Source of the DNA: Mobula hypostoma
Taxonomy: Eukaryota
Assembly (NCBI RefSeq): GCF_963921235.1
Contig: NC_086097.1
Location: forward strand, 83,764,001 to 83,828,000
DNA length: 64,000 bases
Reading direction: 5' to 3'
Under the pieces are notes generated by a model. That model was not told the origin of the DNA. It ran no database searches and saw only the letters and a list, made by a program, of their open reading frames with translations. This document shows positions 28,250-39,869 of this stretch, piece by piece (position 1 is the stretch's first letter; every line of letters begins with the position of its first letter). The translations under genes and the position numbers were made by a program.

Positions 28250-28574
28250 AGCACCTTTGCTGTCGTAGCCCCTAGACTGTGGAACAGCATTCCCCTCCCT
28301 ATCAGATCTGCCCCCTCCATTGACTCTTTTAAGTCCAGGCTCAAAACTTACCTTTATTCACTAGCGTTTGAACCTTCCTGATGTGGCTGATTTTTGGCAT
28401 GTGCCTAGGCTCATGTGTTGTTTATTTTGTGCCTATAAGATGTGTGCCTTGTTGTTTATATCTGTGTTTCTTGTATTTGTGATTTTAGCTACCTGTTATG
28501 GTTTGTTCAGCAATTTGGTCAACATGGGTTGTTTTTAAATGTGCTTTATAAATAAATTTGACTTGACTTGACTT
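28250..28574 (+). mobile_element. L2 LINE 3' end
   Basis: FAVVAPRLWNSIPLPIRSAPSIDSFKSRLKTYLYSLAF; aataaa followed by a (TTGAC)n tail. Confidence 0.8.
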
Positions 28575-28700
28575 AGCCAAGGTGAGCAACAGCAGTGCAT
28601 TTTGTCAGTGGTACACACGGCAGACACTGGACATAGAGGTGGTTTGGTCATTCATTATGTGCCATGTCCTATGATGTGGGTGGTCATGGTCTTTCTATGA

Positions 28701-30189
28701 ATCTCGTTAGATTCTGGACTAGTTCCTGAGGATTGGAGGGTGGCTAATGTAACCCCACTTTTTAAAAAAGGAGGGAGAGAGAAACCGGGGAATTATAGGC
28801 CGGTTAGCCTAACGTCGGTGGTGGGGAAACTGCTGGAGTCAGTTATCAAGGATGTGATAACAGCACATTTGGAAAGCGGTGAAATGATCGGACAAAGTCA
28901 GCATGGATTTGTGAAAGGAAAATCATGTCTGACGAATCTCATAGAATTTTTTGAGGATGTAACTAGTAGAGTGGATAGGGGAGAACCAGTGGATGTGGTA
29001 TATTTGGATTTTCAAAAGGCTTTTGACAAGGTCCCACATAGGAGATTAGTGTGCAAACTTAAAGCACACGGTATTGGGGGTAAGGTATTGGTGTGGGTGG
29101 AGAATTGGTTAGCAGACAGGAAGCAAAGAGTGGGAATAAACGGGACCTTTTCAGAATGGCAGGCGGTGACTAGTGGGGTACCGCAAGGCTCAGTGCTGGG
29201 ACCCCAGTTGTTTACAATATATATTAATGACTTGGATGAGGGAATTAAATGCAGCATCTCCAAGTTTGCGGATGACACGAAGCTGGGTGGCAGTGTTAGC
29301 AGTGAGGAGGATGCTAAGAGGATGCAGGGTGACTTGGATAGGTTGGGTGAGTGGGCAAACTCATGGCAGATGCAATTTAATGTGGATAAATGTGAAGTTA
29401 TCCACTTTGGTGGCAAAAATAGGAAAACAGATTATTATCTGAATGGTGGCCGATTAGGAAAAGGGGAGGTGCAACGAGACCTGGGTGTCATTATACACCA
29501 GTCATTGAAAGTGGGCATGCAGGTACAGCAGGCGGTGAAAAAGGCGAACGGTATGCTGGCATTTATAGCGAGAGGATTCGAGTACAGGAGCAGGGAGGTA
29601 CTACTGCAGTTGTACAAGGCCTTGGTGAGACCACACCTGGAGTATTGTGTGCAGTTTTGGTCCCCTAATCTGAGGAAAGACATCTTTGCCATAGAGGGAG
29701 TACAAAGAAGGTTCACCAGATTGATTCCTGGGATGGCAGGTCTTTCATATGAAGAAAGACTGGATGAACTGGGCTTGTACTCGTTGGAATTTAGAAGATT
29801 GAGGGGGGATCTGATTGAAACGTATAAGATCCTAAAGGGATTGGACAGGCTAGATGCAGGAAGATTGTTCCCGATGTTGGGGAGGTCTAGAACGAGGGGT
29901 CACAGTTTGAGGATAGAGGGGAAGCCTTTTAGGACCGAGGTTAGGAAAAACTTCTTCACACAGAGAGTGGTGAATCTGTGGAATTCTCTGCCACAGCAAA
30001 CTGTTGAGGCCAGTTCATTAGCTATGTTTAAAAGGAAGTTAGATATGGCCCTTGTGGCTACAGGGGTCAGGGGGTATGGAGGGAAGGCTGGGTTCTGAGT
30101 TGGATGATCAGCCATGATCATAATAAATGGCGGTGCAGGCTCGAAGGGCCGAATGGCCTACTCCTGCACCTATTTTCTATGTTTCTATG
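28701..30189 (+). mobile_element. Young 5'-truncated CR1 LINE with uninterrupted RT frame (28740-30098, 452 aa)
   Basis: [32 protein letters not shown]; (TTTCTATG)3 tail; 9-bp flanking duplication TTTCTATGA. Confidence 0.96.
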
Positions 30190-30198
30190 TTTCTATGA

Positions 30199-30494
30199 TT
30201 GTTCTTGGCGGATTTTTCTATAGAAGTGGTTTGCCATTGCTGTCTTCTTTACAAGGCGGGTGACCCCAGCCATCATCAATACTTTTCAATTTTCATGTAA
30301 CAGGACTTATGTACCAGCTGCTCATAAGACCATCCATCACCACCTGCTCCCATGGCATTACATGACCCTGATTGGGGTAGAGGCGGGGTGGGTAAGCAGG
30401 TGCTACAGCTTGCTCAAGGGTGACCTGCAGGCTAGTGGAGGGAAGGAGCACCTCACACGTCCTTTGGTAGAGCTGTATCTCTACCCCGTCACCC
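30199..30494 (-). mobile_element. Family-1 retroposon, 5' part (the rest is at 28645-28700), split by the CR1
   Basis: Colinear with 20345-20724 once the CR1 is removed. Confidence 0.7.
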
Positions 30495-31587
30495 AAAGCA
30501 GTGGAGACAATGTTTAAGATGGTAGATGGGTCTAAAATGGCAGTTGTTTTAGAACTGTACATGACAGGGGAATGATGATGTGCCATATTGCTTTCATCTG
30601 ATCATGGTCCAAGCATTGTTTGGTGATGTGACAATTGTTGATAGTACAACTAATGTGTTGGACTGGATCTTTGACCTGTGGAAAGACTTGTCCAACTGAC
30701 CTGTCATTCTGGAAGTTGGCTTAGCTGGGTCTTTTGAAAACTCATTACTTCTAGCGGCAGTGCTCTGTTAAACAGTGACCCTCCTCTTGACATCTTCCCA
30801 TCACAATGCTTCCACTGATTCTCTTCAGGTGTATGTAATAGGAATTGAGGGCATGGAATTTTTAAAACCCGCTCATTAAATTAGACCATATATTTAAATA
30901 AATACAATTGTTGGATGTGACTCTTATTAAAAAGTCTATATACATTGATCTAAGCTCATGTATAAGACTATGCCAACTTATAAAATAAGATCACATGATC
31001 ATTTACAATTTTGTTTGATGCTTTGTTTCAGTTTCTCAGATGGACACAGGGCTACAAGAGTGAAAACATGACTTTGTACATATCTCACATTCTGTGCTGT
31101 TGGTTGACCTTGTAAAACTGAGCTGATGGGAATATGTACTGTTCAATCCCAAGTTAGCTCAGGATCCCTGTGCCTGCATGCATTCATAACCTGCTCTCCC
31201 TCTAACTCTTGGACATAATGAAGTGAATAGTTCACTATGCACTGTGTCAATAGTAAGTGCTGGATTAACATTTAATAAGGCCAGCAGCTAATCAACACAT
31301 GGCTAAGAAATTATTTACTCTGTTAGTAAAGCCACAGTGACCTTCATAAAAACTACAGTGAAGTGAAGAATTGATAAATAATGAAAATCTCGGTCTTTTG
31401 AATAATGCTGTGGCTGCTTTGTGAGCAGCCTATTCTCTCCCCAGGACTGTTGCTTTGCCAGGAACTGAGGGTACTGCAGTATCTTGACTGGCAAAGTCCT
31501 CCGTCCCTTTTAGATTCTCAGTCAGTGCGGCCATTCATCTTTGCTCCCTGTTTGAACTAGGTAAAAGACAGCATCATATGAGACTCA

Positions 31588-32310
31588 ACACACAAGATGC
31601 TGGAGGAACACAGCAGGTCAGGTGGTATCTATGGAGAAGAATAAACAGTCGATGTTTTTGGCTGAGACCCTTCATCAAGATAGGAAAGGAAGGGGGAAAG
31701 AAGCCAGAATAAGAAGATGGGGGGAGAGGAAGGAGTACAGGCTAGAAGGTGACAGAGGAAACACAGTGGATGGGGGGGGGGCGGGGTGAAGTAAGGAGCT
31801 GGGAGGTAATAGGTAGAAAAGGTAAGGGGCTGGAGAAGAAGGTATCTATTTGGAGAGGAGAGTGGACCATGGAATAAAGGGAAGGAGGAGGGGTGCCAGG
31901 GGGAGTTCTTATGCAAGTGAGTAGAAGAGAAGAGGTAAGCGGAGAAGTGAAGAAGGGGGAAGAGGGAGAGGAAAATTACTGGAAGTTATGGAAATCAATG
32001 TTCATGCCATCAGGTTGGAAGCTGACTGTATGGAATATGATGCATTGTTCCTCCAACCTGAGAGTGGCCTCATTGTGGCCATGAACTGACATGTCGGAAT
32101 GGGAATGAGGATTGGAATTGAAAAGATTCTTGAAATTTACCAGAATAAATAGTCGACGTTTTTGACTGCAACCCTTCATCAGCACTGGTAAATCCGGCTT
32201 TTTGCAGATGGAGTGAAGGTGCTGGACCAAGCTTTCCACAATTTTCATTCGGTCTCAATGATGTAGAGGAGGGCACATCGGGAGCACTAGATACAGTACA
32301 TGAACAAGCT
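31588..32310 (-). mobile_element. Penelope-like element 3' end (GIY-YIG C-terminus plus pseudo-LTR with decayed hammerhead)
   Basis: QHLHSICKKPDLP..FNSNPHSHSDMSV..EATLRLEEQCIIF..QPDGMNIDF; antisense tgatgaagggtctcagcc at about 31645-31680. Confidence 0.8.
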
Positions 32311-32541
32311 TTTCAGAGATTATTGTGTTATTATCATTGTCCTTAGAATGCATTTGCAGATTAAAACTCATAACCCAAATGGTGGCTGCTTCACACGCTA
32401 TCTGGGCACACAGGATGGTGAGTGGCAGGTCTGTGCAGGAGGATGCTACAGTTGAAGGAATGTGAAATATTTCCAGATGCACAGACCTGAAGAATGTTAA
32501 GATTGTCTGGACGATGGACGAGCAGATACTAACACATAAGA

Positions 32542-32770
32542 ACAGGAATTCTGCAGATGCTGGAAATTCAAGCAACACACATCAAAGTTGCTGGTGAATG
32601 CAGCAGGCCAAACAGCATCTATAGGAAGAGGCACAGTCGACGTTTCAGGCTGAGACCCTTCGTCAGGACGAAGGTCCTGACGAAGGGTCTCGGCCTGAAA
32701 CGTCGACTGCGCCTCTTCCTATAGATGCTGTTTGGCCTGCTGCATTCACCAGCAACTTTGATGTGTGTTG
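32542..32770. mobile_element. Penelope-like pseudo-LTR palindrome with 13-bp target-site duplication
   Basis: Arms 32571-32669 and 32674-32772 (2 mismatches); CTAACACATAAGA at 32529-32541 and 32771-32783. Confidence 0.88.
32673..32708 (+). ncRNA. Minimal type-I hammerhead ribozyme motif (mirror copy on - strand at about 32634-32669)
   Basis: GGUC-CUGACGA-A-GGGU(CUCG)GCCU-GAAA-C-GUC^GACU: intact core boxes, stem I GGUC/GACU, stem II, palindromic ACGU stem III. Confidence 0.72.
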
Positions 32771-32989
32771 CTAACACATAAGAGCTTTGATTTGTTTAGA
32801 TTTTTACCCCTCTCATATCTCTCTTAAGGGAATTAACTGAAAGGATTTGACAGTCCGAATTTTTTTTCTAGTTCAAAACAGATCTTGAAATTAGAACTAA
32901 GCATTTATTTTGTAAAGATTAAATACCAACTTTTATGTTTGTGACATGCCCATCAAAACATCGAAGCATACAGTGAAATGCATTGCTTG

Positions 32990-34075
32990 ACCATAGACCA
33001 TGACATAAGAGCAGAATATAGCTGTTTGCCCATCGAGTCTTCTCTGCCATTCCGTCGTAGATGATTTAATAACCCTCTCAGCCTCATTGTCCTGCCTTCT
33101 GCCCATAATCTTTGACAACTTTACTAATGAAGAACCTGTCAACCTCTGCTTTAAATAAACACAATGTCTTGGCCCCCACAACCATCTATGGCAATGAATT
33201 CCACTAATTCACCACCCTCCTGATAAGGAAACTCCTCGTCATCTTTGTTTTAACAGAACATCCTTCTATTCGGTGAATTCCCCACTATAGGAAACAACTC
33301 CTCCACAACCATTCTCTAGGCCTTCAAATATTTGATAGGTTTCAATAAGATCCCCTTCCTCATTCTTCAAAACTCCTTCACCTATCCTGCCCCTTCCAGA
33401 TTAATCCCAGAAACTCCAGCCATTGCTATTCTGCCATCATCCATGCTAGTGTTCTTTTCCAATCAACTTTGGCCAACTCCTCTCTTATGCCTCTCTAATT
33501 CCCTTTAGTCCACTGTAATACTGATGCATCTGATTTTAGCTTTGCCCTCTCAAACTGCAGGGCGAATTCAGTCATATTATGATCACTGACTCCTAAGGGC
33601 TTCTTTACCTTGAACTTCCTGATCAGATCTGGCTTATTACACAACACCCATTCTAGAATTTCCTTTTCCCAAATGAGCTCAACCACAAGTTGCTCTAAAA
33701 AGCCATCTCATAGGCATTCTACAAACTCCTTCTCTTGGGATCCAGCACTAACCTGATCTTCGCAATCTACCTCCATATTGAAATCCCCATGACTGGTGTA
33801 ATATTGCCCTCTTTACAGGACTTTTCTATCTCCCATTGTATTTTGTACTCCACATCCTGGCTACTGTGTGGAAGCCTGTATATAACTCCCATCAGGGTCT
33901 TTTTATCCTGGTAGTTTCTTAACTCTACACATAAGAATTCCACGTCTTCTGATCCTGGGTCATCTCTTTCTAAGGATTTTATTTCAATTTTTAACCAAGA
34001 CAGCCACCCATCCCTTCTGTCTCTCCTTTCGATACAATGTTTCTTGAATGTTAAGCTCTCATCTATCATCTTCTT
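32990..34075 (-). mobile_element. CR1 fragments (endonuclease region and 3' end, internally deleted)
   Basis: VELRN..KKTLMGVIYRLP and PLGVSDHNMTEF in minus frames. Confidence 0.8.
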
Positions 34076-34335
34076 TGGGTCACACTCTGTTATTATTATC
34101 GTTTGTTTTGGTGCTGCATCAGATCGGGAGTATCAATTATTTCATTCTCTTTCACGCTTGTACTGGAAATGACTAAAGAATCTTGAAGAGTCACCATTTA
34201 TCAGCGCTGGTGTATTTAATGTTTCAGCAATATTTGAATAATATCGTAAATATATTGTTTGATTAAGCATCCTTCGTTTATCTCATTCATTGTGGATTAT
34301 ATGTCAAAATTATGTGAATGGCATACATGAGCATC

Positions 34336-34918
34336 TGTAACCAAAGGCACTCACTCCTTACTTACACACACACACACGCTGCCTTGTCATTCTACTGTTG
34401 TTGTGCACGTCAACGTCTTCCCTGGTATATTCTCATGATGGGTCCTAAACCAAGCTGATGTGCTTGAGTTGGCTTTACGGAGCTTTTCCCACCGTAAACA
34501 GTGGGATATTCCATTTCTTTAGTAATGGGGATGTGTAAATGTTTGTATAGTGTATTTAAGATAGTTACTTCTATTTATTATGTAATATGATTGTAACTAC
34601 ATTGTGGGGTGCATCATATTCTAATTCATGTGTAGTCTTAAGTAAACTATGTTGGTAATTAAAGGTGGTATGTTCTGGTGCCTAACAAAAGGAGCTCTTT
34701 GCCCTCAGTAAGGGAGAAATAGGGGCTGCCAGGAGTTCAGTCTAGACTATCAATAATAGTACAGAGGTATTATCGTGTTTCCTGGTAGATATCTTTTTGC
34801 TGTATCTTTTCACTATCTTTGTAAGTTTGATTTTTAACGCATCTAATAAACTCCCTTGCATTAAAGAGCTAAGCAAGTCCTGCCATTTTTCCTTTGGTCA
34901 TAACCCATATATGTAACA
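34336..34918 (+). mobile_element. Solo LTR (583 bp) nested in the Gypsy LTR
   Basis: TGTAA...TAACA termini; perfect 5-bp TSD GCATC (34331-34335 and 34919-34923); AATAAA at about 34845. Confidence 0.85.
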
Positions 34919-35009
34919 GCATCTCACTGAAGAAAAATGAAGTACAGAAGTATTCCAGGCTCCTGTGCTTTTTCTTTCAGTTAGTTTCTGGAATTACAAA
35001 ATGTAACAG

Positions 35010-35021
35010 TGGCGACGAGGA
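35010..35021 (+). promoter_or_regulatory. Primer-binding site complementary to the 3' end of tRNA-Ser(GCT)
   Basis: TGGCGACGAGGA directly after the LTR terminal CA; matches the reverse complement of ...UCCUCGUCGCCA. Confidence 0.75.
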
Positions 35022-36770
35022 AGTTGTAAAATGAACCCAAGATGACTCCCTACCTGTTGAATTACAGCGAGTCTTTTCTTCGGAAGGGGAGAAAGTCACA
35101 TACAAGTTAAGGGAGAGAGGCGTTCAAGTCATTTTTTTAAAAAATCAGAAAAATGAATGCAGTTAACAAGCATTAGGTATGAGCACAGGTTCATAAACAG
35201 TGAGTACTGGATGAAAATAATTATGAATTTAATAAAAAGCAGAAATGGCTTGTTACATCGGAAAGATATGGTAGACACATTCAATCGCAATTGAAATAGC
35301 CAATGAAAAACGAGTGCCAGTAGTGCCAGTACTATAACGACCAGCAAGCCATATTGGGCTTATATGTGGTAAAAACAGAAGGGCAGGCATTGTGGGGTTG
35401 TGATTGGCTGAGACTACTACAACTTGATTGGAGATCCATCCATCATTTGCATGCCACATCCTCTGCAACAGAGTCAATTGAAAGCAAATTAAGAAAGGTA
35501 CTGGATGCTGCCACAACAGTGTTCAAGGACGGCATTGGAAAACTCAGTGGTAAAAGTGTTAAATGAAAATGCCAGACCCAAGTTTTGGAAAGCGTGTCCA
35601 ATTCCTTATACTTTCCGTGACGAAGTAGCCAGATCACATGAAGGCTAAAGGAATTCTTTCCAAGGTTGAGTGGAGCCCATTGGCAACACTTGTAGTGTCA
35701 GTAGCCAAGAGGGATGGGTTTGTCAGGATCTCTGATGAATTTAAGGTCACCATCAACCCAGTATTAAACATACATCAATACTCTCTGCCCAGGGTAGAGG
35801 ATATCTTTAAACCCCTTCCAGAAGAAAATGCGTCAGCCAAGTGGTCTTAGCTGAGGCCTACCTAAAGATGGAAGAAGAGTCCAAAGTGTTTCTCACCATA
35901 GCCACTTACAAAGGGCTTTATCGCTGTAACAGGCTTTATTTTGGCGTAACAGCAGCTGCAGTCTGGCAGAAAGCTATGGACCAGGTGCTGGAAGGAAGCC
36001 CAGACATTCAGCGTTACCTGGATGACATCACTGTTACCAGTAAGGATGACAAGGAACATCTCCAAACATCTCAAGACAGTGTTAAAAAGATTGGAAGATT
36101 ATGGACTCAGACCACAACACAACAACTATGAATTCTTTGAACCAAGTATCACTTACTGTGGTCACACCATTGATGCACAAGACTTACACAAGCGTACTGA
36201 GAAAATTCAAGTAGTGGTGGATGCCTCAAGGCCAAAAGATGTTTCACAGTTGTGGTCCTTTTCACATTTATCAATTACCATAACAGGTTCCTGCCAAATC
36301 TGGCTTCTGTGCTCCACCCTGAACTCATTACTACAGATTGGCAATTGACAAAGTAATGTGAGGAGCCTTTCCAAACGGCAAAGGAAATGGTGACATCAGA
36401 CCCTGTACTCGCACATTATGATCCACGTCGTCCAGTGAAACTTACCTGCGACGTCTCGCCTTATGGTATTGGTGTAGTCATGTCATATTATCAGTAATGG
36501 AAGTGAACACCCCATAGCCTTTGTGTCATGTTCCTTTGCCGCTGCAGAGAAAAATTACGCGCAGATTGACAGAGAAGATTTGAGTTTGGTTTGATGTGTA
36601 AACTGTTTCAACCAGTACTTGCATGGGAAAGAGTTTACCTCATTACTGATCATCAGTCACTGATGTCTATTTTCAACCCACAGAAGGGTGTTCCACTAAC
36701 AGCAGCAGTACAAATGCAGGGATGGACCCTGTTTCTTGAAAAAGTTCGAATTCAAGAGGACAACACCAGG

Positions 36771-37800
36771 ATGTATTGAGAGTAATGATCAGTTTGAACG
36801 CTTAATATTGCACACACAAGTCAGATGGCTCTTAAAAGAAAATTGCCTGTGATGCCCTTATGTTCTTTTTAAAACTATGAAAAAATTCTTTGAAGACTTG
36901 AATACTCCATTCAATAATCAACTGAAGAATATCAGGAATTACATTGATTATTTGTCAGAATTATTCACAAAGTTTAATGAAATCACTCTTGGATTGCAAG
37001 AAAATGATGTGAATCTTATTAAAGTCAAATTAGTCGTTTCCATATTTTTGCCCGAAGTAACCCTATTTAAGTGCAACTTCAGCTGTCACACCCTTTTCCA
37101 ATTTCCAATTAGTTGGAAGAGAAAGAAAAACCAGCGTTTACTGTGGCCATCTGGGTGAGCTGCATAAAGACTTGACAGAGAGATTTCAGGATCTTCTCTA
37201 GTTTCAAATTCCAGATCGGGTAATAAATCCATTCCTGAACACTTGTAATGGAGAATTAACAGGAAGAGTGGAGGAAAAACCGATTGACATTGGCTGCAGG
37301 AAGAAATCTTTGAATGCTATGCTGCACTGTGGGAAAAAGGTCAAGATATTCTTTATTGCTTTTCTAACATCATATTTAGTAGAGCGCGGTTTCAGTGCAG
37401 TCACCCGTTGTCTTTGAAAGCAATGAAACAGACTGCAAATTACTGAACATGGGATATGAGACTCATTCTGAGTAACATTCAGCCTGCTGTTGAGAAGCTG
37501 ATATCACTGCACCAAGCCCATCCGTCTCCTTGAAAGGTGAAAAAGCAATGAAGTAGTGAATAGTTGGTCACTATAATGCATTCTAAAATTGATGATGAAA
37601 ATTGTTTGTACTGCAATTAAATAAAGAAATAGCTGTATTACTAGCTTTAAATAGATTTGAATAGTTTTTACAATTACTTGCAACTGCTTTGAATTTGCAG
37701 TTCATATTTTCTTTCACTGTGCATTGTAAATCAAAATTCTTTATAGTTTTTATGTAAAGGCCAGAAAGGAAAAAGGGCTGCTGTGGATGTGGTCTGGGAA
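36771..37800 (+). mobile_element. hAT (Charlie/Buster-like) transposase 3' remnant
   Basis: LHTQVRWL, YLSELFTKFNE..L.LQ, TSYLVERGFSAV, LILSNIQPAVEKLI..HQAHPS*. Confidence 0.8.
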
Positions 37801-37840
37801 CCAAGGTAGCGGTAACCCAAAAAGATTTTGGAACTGGTTT

Positions 37841-38129
37841 AAGTCCTTCCCGTTAGTCTTGCGAGACCATGGATCTGCGCCTGGAAAGTCTTCACTCTGG
37901 GCAAGGTTGTATGAAAGACCCATGCTGCAAGTCTCCCCTCGCCATGACACCAATGTTGTCCAAGGGAAGGGCATTAGGACCCATACAGCTTAGCGCCGGT
38001 GTCATCGCAGAGCAATGTGTGATTAAGTGCCGTGCTCAAGGACACAACACATTGCCTCGGCTGGGGCTCGAACTCACGACCTTCAGGTCGCTAGTCCAAT
38101 GCCTTAACCACTTGGCCACGTGCCCACAC
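37841..38129 (-). mobile_element. tRNA-head SINE (same family as 59059-59370)
   Basis: Antisense A box tggccaagtgg and B box gttcgagcc; colinear with the 59059 copy. Confidence 0.85.
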
Positions 38130-38860
38130 AAATCCTCCCCACAGCTCTAACGAACCTGCCTGCAAAGATATTGGTTCCCCTTGAGTTCAGATGTAACCCA
38201 CCCTTTTTGTACAGGTTATACCTTCCTCAGAAGGAATCCCAATGATCCAAAAATCTGAAGCCCTGCCTCTTGCACCAATTCCTCAGCCACACATTCCTCT
38301 GACATATCCTATTCTTACCCTCACAGGTGCATGACACAGGTAGCAATCCAGAGATTACTAACCTTGAGGCCTTGCTTTTCAGCTTTCTACCTAACACCCG
38401 ATTCTCTCTTCAGGATCTCATCCCTTTTCTCAAATACGTTATTGGTACCAAAATGTACCATGACCTCTGGCTGTTCACACGTGCCCCCCTCCCACCCACC
38501 TTTAGAATACTATGGACCTGATCTGAGACTTCCCTTTCCCTGGCAGCCCAGAGGCAATATACTATCTGGGTTCTCTTTCACGTCCACGGAATTTCTTGTC
38601 TGCCCCTATCACTATTCACTCCTCTTCTCCCTCCTTTCGTTCTGAGACACTGTGCCAAAGAACTGGTGCTGCAGCTTGCCCTGGTAGGTCATCCCCCACA
38701 ACAGTATCCAAAACGGTATATTTATTATTAAAGGGAATGGCCACGGGTACTCTGCACTACCTGCCTATTCTCTTTCCCTCTCCTGGCAGTCACCCGGCTA
38801 TCCACTTCCTGCAACTTGGGTTTGACGACCTCCCTGTAGCTCTTGTCTATCACCTCTCCT
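38130..38860 (-). mobile_element. CR1 ORF1 (esterase-like) remnant
   Basis: Minus frame QPEVMVHFGTN, typical of the CR1 ORF1 SGNH-like domain. Confidence 0.6.
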
Positions 38861-39272
38861 CATATACCGTCTAGGTAGTCTCCAGCCCCTTGGTATGAAC
38901 ATAGAATTCTCCAGCTTCCGGGAATTCCCTCCTCCCCCACTCCATTCCTATGTCAGTCTGCCCCCTCCCCCAGCTGCCTACCACTTCCCTCATGGTTCCG
39001 CCTCCTTCTACTACCCATTGTGTTTTCCCCTATTCCTTCTTCACCTTTCCTGCTTATCATCTCCCTGCCTCCCCTCCCCCACCCCTTTATCGTTCCCCTT
39101 ACTGGATTTTCACCTGGAACCTACCAGCCTTCTCCTTCCCACCCTCCCCCGACCTTCTTTATAGGGCCTCTGCCCCTTCCCTCTACAGTTCTAACGAAGG
39201 GTTCCGGCCCGAAACGTCGACTCATCGTTTCCATGGATGCTGCCCGACCTGCTGAGTTCCGCCAGCGTTGCT
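38861..39272 (+). mobile_element. Penelope-like 3' end with a mutated hammerhead at 39186-39223
   Basis: IYRLGSLQPLGMNIEFSSFR; cagtt-CTAACGA-agggttccggccc-GAAA-cgtc-gact (core G5 changed to A). Confidence 0.8.
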
Positions 39273-39869
39273 TTGAGCCAAAAGTCATCCAGCTGCAGCT
39301 CTAATTTGCATCAAATCAAATCAGCGAGGGTTGTGGTCATGCTGGGCAGCACGCAAGTGTCACCATGCTTCCGGTGCCAAAATAGCATGTCTATAACTCA
39401 TAGATGATACATCTTGGCATATGGGAGGAAACCAGAGCACCAGGAGAAAAGCTATGTGGTCACAGGGAGAACTTGTAATCTCATTACAGATGGGAATTGC
39501 TGGCACTGTATTCATATTATGATAACCACCATATTAATGTGCCTCCCTAATTTGTAACATCAGCAGCACCTCTTTACAATAAGCGAGGTGGAAATTGATG
39601 TTGGGTCTCTAGGAAAGCTTCAAACTGAGTTCTTCGAGTGTATGGGGAGTCACATAGACTTGGGGAATACGCTTAATATACAACTGAATAGTAAAACAGC
39701 TTAAGGAGATGAACGGTATTTTCCTGCTCCTCTAGGCTGAAGGGAAGGATTCGGCTCCCATTCTGCTGATTAAACAACATTTCTACAATTATGTTAGAGA
39801 GCAGGAGGAACTCTGCAACAATTAATGCTCGGAGATTAATGCTGCATAAAATCTCTGATCGTATTAGAG

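Larger units (their letters stand above)
34210..36770 (+). mobile_element. Decayed Gypsy (Mag-like) LTR retrotransposon: 5' LTR, PBS and pol remnants
   Basis: LTR end TAACA at 35008, PBS TGGCGACGAGGA; RT VEWSPLATLVV..KRDG.VRI and YLDDI; RNase H CDVSPYGIG, NYAQIDRE, LITDHQSL. Confidence 0.85.

Noticed and set aside
28740..30098. 452-aa reverse transcriptase ORF as a host gene or retron-like system
   Set aside because: It is the 3' part of CR1 ORF2: no true start (GTG within a truncated frame), followed by a CR1 tail and bounded by a TSD
39186..39223. Active hammerhead ribozyme
   Set aside because: The core reads CUAACGA (G5 lost). Copies at about 18940, 31660 and 32170 also have broken cores.
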